Made by a program: the position numbers and the translations under genes. A stretch of DNA of 64,000 nucleotides from Candidatus Versatilivorator sp. (lineage in GTDB: Bacteria > Acidobacteriota > Terriglobia > Versatilivoradales > Versatilivoraceae), in assembly GCA_965207735.1 (NCBI GenBank), contig OZ242296.1, forward strand, positions 1-64,000, read 5' to 3'. Positions 52,217-62,333 of the stretch are shown here, in pieces. A model generated the notes under the pieces. It was not told the origin of the DNA, did not search any database, and saw only the letters and a list, made by a program, of their open reading frames with translations. Every line of letters begins with the position of its first letter. Positions within the stretch are counted from its first letter, which is position 1.

Positions 52217-53758
52217 TCACTCCCACTCTATGGTGGCAGGCGGTTTGGAACTGATGTCGTAGACGACCCGGTTGATTCCTTGAACTTCGTTGACGATACG
52301 GGTCGAGATTCTCTCCAGGACGGAATAGGGCAGCTTGACCCAATCGGCAGTCATCCCGTCCCTGGAGTGTACGGCCCTCACTGCACAGGTGTACTCGTAG
52401 GAGCGTTCATCTCCCATGACTCCCACGCTCTTGACGGGCAACAGCACGGCGAAGGCCTGCCAGATGTCCCGGTAGAGCCCAGCCCTCCTGACCTCGCTGA
52501 CGACGATCTCGTCGGCCTCCTGCAGCAGGTTGACCCTGGATGGGGTCACCTCGCCCAGGATGCGGACAGCCAGTCCCGGCCCCGGGAAGGGTTGTCGCCC
52601 GACTACCTCCTCGGTCAGGCCCAACTGCCTGCCGACATTGCGGACTTCGTCCTTGAACAGATCGCGCAGGGGTTCCACCAGCTTCAACTTCATGGTCCGG
52701 GGCAGCCCTCCAACATTGTGGTGGGACTTGATGGTCGCCGAGGGGCCCTTGACCGACACCGATTCGATGACATCGGGGTAGAGCGTTCCTTGAACCAGGA
52801 AGTCGACCCGGCCCAGCCGTCGGGCTTCCTGCTCAAAGACGGCGATGAATTCCTGTCCGATGATCTTGCGTTTTCGCTCGGGGTCGGTCACTCCGGATAA
52901 CCGCTGCAGGAATCGGTCGCCGGCGTTGACTCCCCGGACCTGGAGCTTGAGCTGGTCTTGCATCCGGGAAAGCACCCGGGCGTATTCATTCCTCCGCAGC
53001 ACGCCGTTGTTGACGAAGATGCAGGTCAGATTCTCGCCGATGGCCCGATCCACCAGAACGGCGGCCACGGTGGAGTCGACACCGCCGCTGAGGCCGCAAA
53101 TCGCTTTTCCCCGGCCTACCTGCCTTCGAATGCGATCGACGGACTCCTCGATGAATTGGGAGGGTGTCCAATCCCCCCGGCACCCGCAGATCCGGAAGAG
53201 AAAGTTCTCCAGTATCCTTTTGCCCTCCTGGGTATGGGCCACTTCAGGATGGAACTGGAGACCGAATATGGAGCGATCCGGACTCTCGGCCGCGGCCAGG
53301 GCATTGGCGGAAAGGCCGGTCGGACGAAATCCCGGAGGGAGCCGGACGATGTGATCGCCATGACTCATCCAGACGTTGGATCGGGTCTTGACTCCCTGGA
53401 ACAACGGGCTCTCGGACTCCAGGTTCAACTCGGCCAGACCATATTCCCGCCTGCCTGCCGCTTCGACCTTGCCCCCCAGCTCCACCGCCAGGAGCTGGAA
53501 TCCGTAGCAGATCCCCAGGATGGGAGTAGCCAGCTTCCAAAGTTCGGCGCCGGTGCGGGGAGCCTGTTCTCCATAGACGGAATCGGGTCCCCCGGACAGG
53601 ATAATGCCCCTGGGCCGGCGCTGCCGGATCCGCTCCAGCGGCGCATTGAAGGGAACGATTTCGCAGAAAACGTTGGCTTCCCGAACCCGGCGGGCGATGA
53701 GTTGAGTGTATTGCGAGCCGAAGTCCAGAATGAGAACGCAATCGTGGGAAGGGGGCAT
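52217..53758 (-). CDS. guaA: GMP synthase
   Basis: [40 protein letters not shown]. Confidence 0.98.
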   Translation of the reverse strand: MPPSHDCVLILDFGSQYTQLIARRVREANVFCEIVPFNAPLERIRQRRPRGIILSGGPDSVYGEQAPRTGAELWKLATPILGICYGFQLLAVELGGKVEAAGRREYGLAELNLESESPLFQGVKTRSNVWMSHGDHIVRLPPGFRPTGLSANALAAAESPDRSIFGLQFHPEVAHTQEGKRILENFLFRICGCRGDWTPSQFIEESVDRIRRQVGRGKAICGLSGGVDSTVAAVLVDRAIGENLTCIFVNNGVLRRNEYARVLSRMQDQLKLQVRGVNAGDRFLQRLSGVTDPERKRKIIGQEFIAVFEQEARRLGRVDFLVQGTLYPDVIESVSVKGPSATIKSHHNVGGLPRTMKLKLVEPLRDLFKDEVRNVGRQLGLTEEVVGRQPFPGPGLAVRILGEVTPSRVNLLQEADEIVVSEVRRAGLYRDIWQAFAVLLPVKSVGVMGDERSYEYTCAVRAVHSRDGMTADWVKLPYSVLERISTRIVNEVQGINRVVYDISSKPPATIEWE

Positions 53759-53812
53759 TACGGAAGTTCCCGGGGGAGACGGTCGGATTATATGCGAGCC
53801 GGATGGCCGGCT

Positions 53813-54559
53813 TCAATAAGTCACCGGTGTGATTGATCCCAACACCAGAAAGAACTCCCGGTTTCCCTCGGCCCCCAGGATCGGGGAGGGAACCGTTCCC
53901 AGGAGTCGATACCCCAGATCCCTGGCGCAAGTGCTGACCATGTCGACGGCCAGGCGGTGCTTTCGAGGGTCCCTGACAATCCCCCCCTTTTCGACCTCAC
54001 CCTTGCCCAGTTCAAACTGCGGCTTGACCAGACAGAGGATCCGGGTCGCGGGCGTTTGGAAGACATCGAGCACTGGCAGAACCAGGCAGAGCGAGATGAA
54101 GGCCAAGTCCAAAGTAATCAGGTCAACGGTCTCGCCTATGTCTTCAAATTTCAGGTAGCGGGCGTTGAGTCCCTCCAGGCAGCGGACCCGGCCATCTTTT
54201 CTCAACTTCCAGTCCAGCTGATTGTGTCCGACGTCAACCGCATGGATCTTGCAAGCCCCCTGCCGGAGCAAGCAATCGGTAAACCCACCGGTGGAGGCCC
54301 CGATATCCAGGCAGACCTTTCCCTCGACCTGGATCGAAAAGTGCCGCAAAGCGTGCTCCAGCTTGTGCCCTCCGCGGGACACGTAGACCCTGGCCTCGGA
54401 TTTGAGGCGAAGCCTGGATTTCTGATCCACCCTGGCCCCGGGCTTGTCGATCCGTTGCTCGTCAGCCAACACGGAGCCTGCCAGGATCAGGGCCTGGGCT
54501 TGGTGACGGCTTTGGGCCAAGCCGCGGGTCAGCAGCAGCTTGTCGATCCGTTCCTTCAT
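53813..54559 (-). CDS. tlyA: TlyA family rRNA methyltransferase
   Basis: S4 domain, YVSRGGHKL, DIGASTGGFTD, KPQFE, GNREF. Confidence 0.96.
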   Translation of the reverse strand: MKERIDKLLLTRGLAQSRHQAQALILAGSVLADEQRIDKPGARVDQKSRLRLKSEARVYVSRGGHKLEHALRHFSIQVEGKVCLDIGASTGGFTDCLLRQGACKIHAVDVGHNQLDWKLRKDGRVRCLEGLNARYLKFEDIGETVDLITLDLAFISLCLVLPVLDVFQTPATRILCLVKPQFELGKGEVEKGGIVRDPRKHRLAVDMVSTCARDLGYRLLGTVPSPILGAEGNREFFLVLGSITPVTY

Positions 54560-54569
54560 CTTGGGCTAG

Positions 54570-55681
54570 CCCGCATTTCTCACCAGGGGGCATGATCATG
54601 GCGCAGGATTTTTCCCTTCAGCGCGTGCTCGCGACCGAAGAGCGTAGCGGTCACTACGCGCGAGGGAGCATGTGCGCGCTGAAGGGAAAAAGACAAGCCA
54701 GGGCATGCCCAGCGCCGTCTGTTGCCCGCAAGCCCTTACCATGGAGCCAATCAAAGTACTGAAGATGAACTACTTTTCGTCATGGCACCAGCGACCTGGG
54801 TAGAGTCGAGGACTGGCGCGTTGACTATAGGGTCCGGTGGCTATTCCGTCGCTTTCGCTTCGGGCCTCAGTCCGGCTCCCTTATCACGTTTCCAGTCCCC
54901 GCTCTCCGAACCGGACGTGCGGTTTTCCCGCATCTCGGCTCTCCAGTGGGATCATGCGTCTCGCACACAGGTCCCCGCTCGCATCCGTGGACGACTCCTA
55001 TGGGATTGGCACCCGTCCCCCACTCCATCCACTTCCGCTCCCGGGTTGCCGCCAGGCCTGTTGATGCCCTGACGACGCCGTCCTCCTCCGACGACCCTTT
55101 CACTTTTGCATGTGATGCTTCCGGAGTCTCCGGCCCTTTTTTGGTCGGGGTTTCAGGCTTTCGCCACTCCCGGGACCCTTCCCCCTTCGGTCACCGCTCC
55201 TCACCTGAGGCCCCTTCCCTCCACCGGTATTACCCGGCTTCTCCGGTACTACAGGCCTCTCCGCCACCCTGTCGGCCTAGACTGACTCTCGCGAGCTTCC
55301 GGTTCGGTGCGTGCCTCACCACCCACAGGGCTTCCCATGTTGCTGCCTTCTTCCCCTTCCATGCGTGCCAGCGCCACTACCCCGGCGGGTCCAAAGGGGT
55401 GCCCGCGTCGCTCGCTTCCCCCTCCGTCTTCGGCCTTCCCCATTTCTCAGGTGGGTCGGCCCCCGCATTGCCCGTTTCGAGGCCTGCTCGACGTTCACTC
55501 GCGTTCCGGCCCGCATGCTCGCTGAACCGCCTTAAGCGGCCCTTTGACACCAGAGGGCTTCAGACCATATCGTTACCTCCATGATCCGCCCTGGCTGCTA
55601 CCAACCGGAGCGACAGTTGTTGGACGGGTTTCGCACCCGTTGGAAGAAGGCGCCTTTCCATGGCGCACTGAGAAATGCGGG
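54570..55681. mobile_element. IS1380-related MITE (243 bp once intron is removed) with CTAG duplication
   Basis: Left end CCCGCATTTCTCACCAG; right end CTGG|TGAGAAATGCGGG split by the intron; CTAG at 54566 and 55682; ends match the IS at 60314. Confidence 0.9.
54800..55668 (-). ncRNA. ORF-less group II intron (869 nt, IIB-like)
   Basis: 5' GTGCG; domain V GAGCCGAGATGCGGGAAAACCGCACGTCCGGTTC (54908-54941); domain VI ending CGCGCCAGTCCTCGACTCTAC; no RT ORF. Confidence 0.92.
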
Positions 55682-55918
55682 CTAGTCCTGCTTCTCGCCG
55701 GAGAAGGGTTCCCGCTCCAGGCCCCCTTCGCTCTTGCGGACCAGGATTTCGACCTTGCGTTCGGCTTCGTCAAGCTTCTCCTGGCAGAAATTCTGTAGCT
55801 TCACGCCCTCCTCGTACATCTCCAGGAGGGATGCCAGCGGCAGTTCTCCGCTCTCGAGGATCTTGACGATTTCCTCAAGCCGTTTCATGGCTGATTCAAA
55901 GTTTTTGTATTTTGTCAT
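55682..55918 (-). CDS. xseB: Exodeoxyribonuclease VII small subunit
   Basis: FESAMKRLEEIV..LESGELPL...YEEGV. Confidence 0.96.
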   Translation of the reverse strand: MTKYKNFESAMKRLEEIVKILESGELPLASLLEMYEEGVKLQNFCQEKLDEAERKVEILVRKSEGGLEREPFSGEKQD

Positions 55919-57297
55919 GGCTCGTCCTGCTCGGCCGTCTTGCCGACGTTCCGGGAGGTCTCGATGCGCTCGGCCCGTGCTTCGATATTCCCTTTGGAAA
56001 GAGTAACGGAGAACGGATCTCCGGCTTGCAGCCGGGCCGCCTCTCTGAGGATGGTCCCGTCGGCGTCCCGGCAGATGGAATAACCCCGGCTCAGCACGGC
56101 CGCCGGGCTCAGGCTACCTAGCGTCCCGGCTTGCGCCGAGAGTCGGGCCCGAAGAGCCTGGAGGGCGAAGCGGATTTGGGCGCCGGCCCGCTCCGAGGAC
56201 AGGTTCAGGGCTTTCCGTCTTTGGTCCACCAGGTGGTGCAAATTGACGCGTTCCAGACGTTCGGCCGTCAGGCGCCAGGTGTCCCTACGAGCTCCCAGGG
56301 TGTTCCGAGGCCACCCGCTGAGACGGAAGCCTATCTCGTCCAACCACTGGCGCTGCGAACGTATGCGGCCTTGCGCCGACTCGAAGGCGCGGTTGGCCGA
56401 CAACTCCAGCACCCGGTTGCGCAATCGACTGAGGCGGAGCTGCAAGGTGCGTTGCAGCCGACCCTCCAAATGGCTCAACCGGGTGGTCAATTCTTCACGG
56501 GTGGCGGTCACCATTTCGGCCGCGCTGGTCGGAGTCGAGGCTCGAAGGTCGGCAACGAAATCGGAAATCGTAAAGTCGACCTGGTGACCCACCGCAGAGA
56601 TTACGGGAACCCGGGAGGCGGAGATGGCCCTGGCGACCGGCTCCTGGTTGAAGGCCCACAGGTCTTCAATCGATCCTCCGCCGCGCCCGACAATGATGAG
56701 GTCTACGTCGGGAATGTCGTTGAGTGTCCGGATGCCGGCGGCAATTTCCTCTGCGGCTCCCTCGCCCTGGACCTTGGCCGGAAACAGAAGCGCAGGGATC
56801 GGCTGGCGGCTGCGGCTCAAGGTTCGCAGGATGTCATGAATCGCCGCTCCGGTCGGTGAGGTCACGATCCCGACGGTTCGGGGGATCAGGGGCAGGGGTC
56901 TCTTGCGGGCTTCGTCAAACAGGCCCTCGGCCTCGAGCTTGGCTTTCAGTCGGTCGAAAGCGATCTGCAGGGCGCCGGTCCCTCTGGGTTCGATGGATTC
57001 GGCATAGAGGGAATACTCGCCGCGGAGCTCATAGACCCCCAGGCTTCCTCGCACCAGAACCTGGTTGCCGTCTTCGAATCGATGGCGAAGCTGTCGGGCC
57101 TTGCTGCGGAAGCACACGCATTTCAACTGGGATCGAGCGTCTTTCAGTGCGAAGTAGATATGTCCGGCGTTGGAGATCGTCCAGTTGGAGATCTCCCCCT
57201 CCACCAGCACACCCTGGAATTCTCCCTCCAGGAGAGATTTCACCTCGACTGTGATTTCCCAGACCTCGTAGATTCGTTGAGACGGAAAGGGATGCAT
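55915..57297 (-). CDS. xseA: Exodeoxyribonuclease VII large subunit
   Basis: VEGEISN, GHIYFALKD, RGGGSIEDLWAFN, TPTSAAE. Confidence 0.97.
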   Translation of the reverse strand: MHPFPSQRIYEVWEITVEVKSLLEGEFQGVLVEGEISNWTISNAGHIYFALKDARSQLKCVCFRSKARQLRHRFEDGNQVLVRGSLGVYELRGEYSLYAESIEPRGTGALQIAFDRLKAKLEAEGLFDEARKRPLPLIPRTVGIVTSPTGAAIHDILRTLSRSRQPIPALLFPAKVQGEGAAEEIAAGIRTLNDIPDVDLIIVGRGGGSIEDLWAFNQEPVARAISASRVPVISAVGHQVDFTISDFVADLRASTPTSAAEMVTATREELTTRLSHLEGRLQRTLQLRLSRLRNRVLELSANRAFESAQGRIRSQRQWLDEIGFRLSGWPRNTLGARRDTWRLTAERLERVNLHHLVDQRRKALNLSSERAGAQIRFALQALRARLSAQAGTLGSLSPAAVLSRGYSICRDADGTILREAARLQAGDPFSVTLSKGNIEARAERIETSRNVGKTAEQDEP

Positions 57298-57336
57298 GCG
57301 TTCTGGGGCCTCCAGGGCAGGCGGGGAAACCGGGAG

Positions 57337-57549
57337 CTACCGCCGGAAGAAGAATGACAGGACCAGGGTCAGGAGAATGCTGAGCACGATGGAGGTGGTC
57401 ACAGGGAGATGGAAGGTCAAGTTGTCTCGCTTGAAGATCAGGTCTCCCGGAAGCCGGCCCAATCTGAAGAACGACAAATGGCCGGCAAAATTCAAGATCA
57501 GGCCCACTGCAAGGATAACCAGTCCCAGGACAATGAAGACCTTGGCCAT
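57337..57549 (-). CDS. DUF2905 family small membrane protein
   Basis: LGRLPGDL...FHLPVTTSIVLS. Confidence 0.85.
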   Translation of the reverse strand: MAKVFIVLGLVILAVGLILNFAGHLSFFRLGRLPGDLIFKRDNLTFHLPVTTSIVLSILLTLVLSFFFRR

Positions 57550-57567
57550 ATGAGCCGTCCTGCACGC

Positions 57568-57990
57568 CTAATCCGGCAACTCGGAGTCGCTGAAGAAGTA
57601 GTGGATCTCTTTCCGGGCACTCTCGCGGCTGTCGGAGCCGTGGACGACGTTCTTTTCGATGGAAGTGGCATAGAGTCTGCGCAGGGTTCCTTCCGCGGCC
57701 TGTTTGGGGTCCGTGGCGCCCATCAGTTCCCGCAGGCGGGCCACCACGTCGGGCGCTTCCAGCACCACCACTACCACGGTCCCTGAGCTCATGTAGCGGA
57801 CCAGGTCCGGAAAGAAGCTTCGTTCCCGGTGAACAGCGTAGAAACCCGCGGCTTGCTGTGGACTCAAGTGCAGCATTTTGAGGGCTTTGATTTGGAATTC
57901 CTTCTCCTCGAACCGTTTCAGGATATCCCCGACGTTGCCTTGGGCCACGCCGTCCGGTTTGATGATTGACAGAGTGCGTTGCGGACTCAA
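57568..57990 (-). CDS. ndk: Nucleoside diphosphate kinase
   Basis: RTLSIIKPDG, NVVHGSDS. Confidence 0.97.
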   Translation of the reverse strand: MSPQRTLSIIKPDGVAQGNVGDILKRFEEKEFQIKALKMLHLSPQQAAGFYAVHRERSFFPDLVRYMSSGTVVVVVLEAPDVVARLRELMGATDPKQAAEGTLRRLYATSIEKNVVHGSDSRESARKEIHYFFSDSELPD

Positions 57991-58095
57991 CGGAAAGCCT
58001 CCATAAGCGATGAAAGAATTGCGGCCCCTTCCGCTTCGGCCGCTGCAAAGGCGTGGGTGGACCGTGCCGGAGGCAGGGTTGACTGCTCAAGACGA

Positions 58096-58968
58096 CTACC
58101 CCGGCAGAATCCGGGCGGTCGTTTCGCCGATGTCGGCAGGACTCCGGGCCACCTGGAGTCCGCATTCCTCCATCAGGCGGATCTTCTCCTCCGCTGTGCC
58201 CTGGCCCCCACTGATGATGGCCCCCGCATGTCCCATGCGCCTTCCGGGAGGAGCCGTCTGACCCGCGATGAAGCCCACCACCGGCTTAGAAAGATGGGAA
58301 CGGACGTAACGCGCGGCTGCTTCCTCGGCGGTGCCTCCGATCTCTCCGATCAGGACGATGGCTTCCGTCCCTGGATCCTCCTTGAAGAGGCGGAGGGCGT
58401 CCACGAAGGAGGTGCCGATGATCGGATCTCCCCCGATGCCGATACAGGTCGATTGACCGATGCCTCGGGAACTCAACTGCTGCACGGCTTCGTAGGTCAG
58501 GGTTCCGCTTCGGGAGATAACCCCGACCGGACCTTCCCGATGGATGGCCCCCGGCATGATCCCGATCTTGCATTTGCCAGGCGAAATGATTCCCGGGCAG
58601 TTGGGTCCGATCAGTCGACTTTTCTTTCCCGCCATGAACTGCCGGACCCTGATCATGTCGAGGGTAGGGATCCCTTCGGTGATGCACACCACCAGGTCGA
58701 CCCCGGCATCCACCGCCTCCATGATGGCATCGGCCGCCACGGCCGGCGGGACGAAGATCACCGAGGCATTGCCGCCGGTCTCCCGGCAGGCCTGCTCCAT
58801 GCCGTTGAAAACGGGAATCCCTTCATGAACGGTTCCGCCCTTGCCGGGGGTGACCCCGGCAACGACACGGGTCCCGTACCGGACGCACTGGAGGGTATGG
58901 AAGGTGCCTTCGCGCCCGGTGAGCCCCTGCACGATCAGTCTTGTGTCTTGGTCGACCAGGATGCTCAC
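58096..58968 (-). CDS. sucD: Succinyl-CoA synthetase alpha subunit
   Basis: GTG start overlapping sucC stop; [22 protein letters not shown]. Confidence 0.97.
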   Translation of the reverse strand: MSILVDQDTRLIVQGLTGREGTFHTLQCVRYGTRVVAGVTPGKGGTVHEGIPVFNGMEQACRETGGNASVIFVPPAVAADAIMEAVDAGVDLVVCITEGIPTLDMIRVRQFMAGKKSRLIGPNCPGIISPGKCKIGIMPGAIHREGPVGVISRSGTLTYEAVQQLSSRGIGQSTCIGIGGDPIIGTSFVDALRLFKEDPGTEAIVLIGEIGGTAEEAAARYVRSHLSKPVVGFIAGQTAPPGRRMGHAGAIISGGQGTAEEKIRLMEECGLQVARSPADIGETTARILPG

Positions 58969-60134
58969 GCCATTGACCTCGATGCCAGTCGAACCACCTT
59001 CTCGGCCGCATCCTGCATTCCCGAGGCCACCGTCAGGCTGAGTCCGGACGCCTTGAGGATTTCCCGGCCCCGTTCCAGGTTGGTGCCTTCCAGCCGCACC
59101 ACGATGGGAACCTCCAACTGCATGGATTTGGCGGCTTCGACCACGCCCTGGGCCACGATGTCGCACCGCATGATGCCGCCGAAGATATTGATCAGAACGG
59201 CCTTGACGTTGGCATCCGAGAGAATGATGCCGAAGGCGTTCCGGACCTGTTCGGCAGTAGCCCCACCACCGACATCCAGGAAGTTGGCGGGAGATCCCCC
59301 GGCCAACTTGATGATGTCCATGGTGGCCATGGCCAGCCCGGCCCCATTGACCATGCAGCCCACGTTGCCATCCAACTTGATGTAGTTCAGCCCATGCTTG
59401 CCGGCTTCAATTTCCGAGGGGTCTTCTTCGTCGGTGTCGCGCAGGTCCCGGACATGGGGATGCCGGTAGAGCGCATTGTCGTCGAAGTTGATCTTGGCAT
59501 CCAGGGCATAAAGGCGGCCGTCTTCGGTCAGGAGCAGGGGATTGACCTCGGCCAGCGAGGCGTCGGTGTCCTCGAATGCCTGGTGCAGAGCGAGCATGAA
59601 CCGGACGGCATCGGGGACCAGCCTGGCTGGGAGGCTCAGCCCAAACGCCAGCTTTCGGGCTTGAAAGGGGGTCAGCCCCAGCCCCGGCTCCACGGGTTCC
59701 TTGAGGATCAGCTCGGGCGTTTCAGCCGCCACCTTTTCAATTTCGACTCCACCTTCCCGGCTCGCCATGACGACCACTTTGCCGGCATCCCGGTCGATGG
59801 CGATCCCGAGGTAGTACTCCCGTTGGATCTTGAGGCCCTCCTCGACCAGAACCCGGGTTACGGTCTGCCCCTCCGGTCCGGTCTGATGAGTGACCAGTTG
59901 CATTCCCAATATCGCATCGGCGACCTCTTGGGCCTCCGCGGGAGAACGGGCCAGGCGCACCCCTCCTCCTTTTCCACGTCCACCGGCGTGGATCTGAGCC
60001 TTGACCACCACCAGCCCGCCCAGCTCATTGGCGATTTCCCGGGCTTTCTCCTTGGTGTCGGCCACCTTGCCCCGGGGCACGGGAACTCCATGGGCGCCAA
60101 GGATCGCCTTGGCCTGGAACTCGTGAATCTTCAT
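58965..60134 (-). CDS. sucC: Succinyl-CoA synthetase beta subunit
   Basis: [38 protein letters not shown]. Confidence 0.98.
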   Translation of the reverse strand: MKIHEFQAKAILGAHGVPVPRGKVADTKEKAREIANELGGLVVVKAQIHAGGRGKGGGVRLARSPAEAQEVADAILGMQLVTHQTGPEGQTVTRVLVEEGLKIQREYYLGIAIDRDAGKVVVMASREGGVEIEKVAAETPELILKEPVEPGLGLTPFQARKLAFGLSLPARLVPDAVRFMLALHQAFEDTDASLAEVNPLLLTEDGRLYALDAKINFDDNALYRHPHVRDLRDTDEEDPSEIEAGKHGLNYIKLDGNVGCMVNGAGLAMATMDIIKLAGGSPANFLDVGGGATAEQVRNAFGIILSDANVKAVLINIFGGIMRCDIVAQGVVEAAKSMQLEVPIVVRLEGTNLERGREILKASGLSLTVASGMQDAAEKVVRLASRSMA

Positions 60135-60313
60135 GGTGGAACGTCCTGGGACCGGTGTCGGACGGGATTGCGGAGCCGCCCTCGGAAGCGCCCAAGTATA
60201 TCGGAAGAGGCGGCCATTTCAAACAAGTCCGGTCCCATGCGATTTCCACCGGTAGGGAGGCGGGGCTGCAACATCGCAGGGAAACTGAGCGGCAACCCAA
60301 GGGACAGGACTAG

Positions 60314-62011
60314 CCCGCATTTCTCACCAGAGTTCGCACAGGAGCGGTAAAAGGGGCCATGGAGGCATTTGAGGCCGAGTTTAACAACGTTGGTGGCTGG
60401 ATCGGTAGGCAAAGGCCAACAGCGGAGGCTTCTGAGGCTCTCCGAGGAACCTCAGGCGGCATTTTCCCTCGAAAACAGCGACACCTCTGCCATCGGGCCT
60501 GGTGGCCGCGTCTTCAAGGGCCAGGAGTGACGGTCGGGTCAGGGCACCTCAGGGCGGCAGGTGAGCCCAAGCGATGCGGAACTCCCTCTGGTAAGGACAT
60601 CCGGAAGCCATGGCGACCTTGATGCGACGGACCGAGATGGTGACCTGAGCGCCGATCTTGAGCAGTTTGAGTCTGATGGAACCGACGGTGGCCCGGGCCA
60701 GGCAGGTGGATTGCAGCGCCCGCCGGCGCAAGCCCTCCACCAGCACATAGGCGAAAGAGGTCATCAGGAGCCGGAGCTGATTCGCCCGGAAGGAGTGGGT
60801 GGAGGTGCGATCGGCAAACAGGTCGAGTTGCTGCTCCTTGATGCGGTTTTCCATCTCACCGCGGGCACAGTAGATCTTCTCATAGAGGAACTGGGCGGGG
60901 TAGTCCTGGACCGACAGAGAGGTGACGACGAAGCGGGGGTTGGGGCCGCGGGGCAGGACCTCGGCTTTGGCGACCAGGCGGCGCTCGTGGGACCAGCTCT
61001 TGTGAGTGCGGTAGGAGAGGTCGGTGAAGATCCGGGCGGGCTGCTGTTGCTGGTCTGAGAGGGCCTGGGCCTGAGCCAACTCGGGGGCGATGGCGTCTTG
61101 GAGGCGGGAGTTGCGGGCCAGGCCGAAGAGATAGTCGACCTGATGCTGCTCACACCACCCCATCAGCTCCTCACGGGCAAAGCCGGAGTCGGCCCGCAGC
61201 AGGATCTTGACCTGAGGCCAGACACGCCGTAGGCGGGAGACGATGCGCTGGACCTGCTCCAGAGCGCCGGCGGAGGCATCGATGTTGGCGGGTCTGAGCA
61301 GGGCCGAGAGCAGATGGCGGCCCGAGAAGATGTAGAGGGGCAGGTAGCAGTAGCCTCGGTAGTAGCCGTGGAAGAAGCGGTCCTCTTGTTCCCCGTGGAG
61401 GGGATCGTCAGTGGCGTCGAGGTCGAGGATGATCTCATCGGGGGGTTGGGGATGGGCTTGCAGAAACAGTTTCACCAGGAGGGCTTGCAAGGCCTCGGGG
61501 TCGTGGTCAATCTTGTGGTAGCGGGTGGGGCCTTGGGTGGGGGCGTGTTCGAGTCGGTTGAGGGTGCTCTTGCCTGCCAGGGGAGGCGAGTCGCCACGAC
61601 GGCCTTTCTCTGAAAACAAGGCCATGAGGGGATCGTGACGGAGTTGGTCGTGGTCGATGAGATCCTCGTAGCCGAGGGCGATGCCACGGATGCGCTGAGC
61701 GATGAGGGTGCGCAGGCTGTATTGGGTCCGCTTGGGGTCGCGGTGATCGGTGAAACAGTCGGCCACCTGGTCGGAGAGAGATAAGCCCCGATCCACCCGG
61801 CGCAACAGCAGGGAGCCGGCATCGGAAGTGATGGGACCGCCGTCGAAATCAGCCACCACGCGGCGGCGGCCGTGGGGTTCAAACTCCAGGGGTTTGGTGT
61901 TACACTGTGTCGGCATCGGTTCTCCTTTAAGAATCTGGTTAACTCCTTAGACAAGAGTATTTTACCAGATTCCGAGAACCGATGCTTCCTACCTCTGGTG
62001 AGAAATGCGGG
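60314..62011 (-). mobile_element. IS1380 family insertion sequence, 1698 bp
   Basis: Perfect 19-bp TIRs CCCGCATTTCTCACCAGAG; CTAG flanks at 60310 and 62012. Confidence 0.95.
60549..61916 (-). CDS. IS1380 family transposase (apparently intact)
   Basis: FDGGPITSDAG, LDLDATDDPLHG, RADSGF, YCARGEMENRIKE. Confidence 0.96.
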   Translation of the reverse strand: MPTQCNTKPLEFEPHGRRRVVADFDGGPITSDAGSLLLRRVDRGLSLSDQVADCFTDHRDPKRTQYSLRTLIAQRIRGIALGYEDLIDHDQLRHDPLMALFSEKGRRGDSPPLAGKSTLNRLEHAPTQGPTRYHKIDHDPEALQALLVKLFLQAHPQPPDEIILDLDATDDPLHGEQEDRFFHGYYRGYCYLPLYIFSGRHLLSALLRPANIDASAGALEQVQRIVSRLRRVWPQVKILLRADSGFAREELMGWCEQHQVDYLFGLARNSRLQDAIAPELAQAQALSDQQQQPARIFTDLSYRTHKSWSHERRLVAKAEVLPRGPNPRFVVTSLSVQDYPAQFLYEKIYCARGEMENRIKEQQLDLFADRTSTHSFRANQLRLLMTSFAYVLVEGLRRRALQSTCLARATVGSIRLKLLKIGAQVTISVRRIKVAMASGCPYQREFRIAWAHLPP

Positions 62012-62118
62012 CTAGTAGGACCAGAGGCCGCTGCACGGGACGCTGACGGGGAATCGGGGCGTTGGGCAAAGCCAAGGCCCGCCAGGGGGAAGGTCAATCG
62101 AGAAGGACTATAAATTGA

Positions 62119-62261
62119 ACATGGATGTACAGGATGCACAGGATAATTAGAACCGGAGGTCGCTGCACGAAACGCTGACTCCGGCGATGATCGCGTGCGG
62201 ATTTGCGGTTGTCCAGGAATGCAAGCCAGCCGTCTCCGGAATAAATCCTGTGCATCCATGT
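62119..62261. repeat. Inverted-repeat-bounded element with GxxExxY-like remnant
   Basis: 17-bp IRs ACATGGATG(T/C)ACAGGAT, 1 mismatch; reads MDVQDAQDN*NRRSLHETLTPAMIACGFAV. Confidence 0.7.
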
Positions 62262-62333
62262 GAATTAAAAATCTACCCGTGCTTGACTTTGAGCCGGTTG
62301 CCCGCCCCCCACGACGGGGCGGATCATACGAGA

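Noticed and set aside
54560-55682. Deletion of ispA/dxs between xseB and tlyA caused by the MITE
   Set aside because: CTAG on both flanks and a clean xseB-stop/6 nt/tlyA-start junction after removal fit a simple insertion; a deletion cannot be supported from this window.
54722-55798. ORFs overlapping the intron (e.g. 54946-55584 +, 212 aa)
   Set aside because: No RT (YADD) or other motifs; they are incidental frames across structured RNA.
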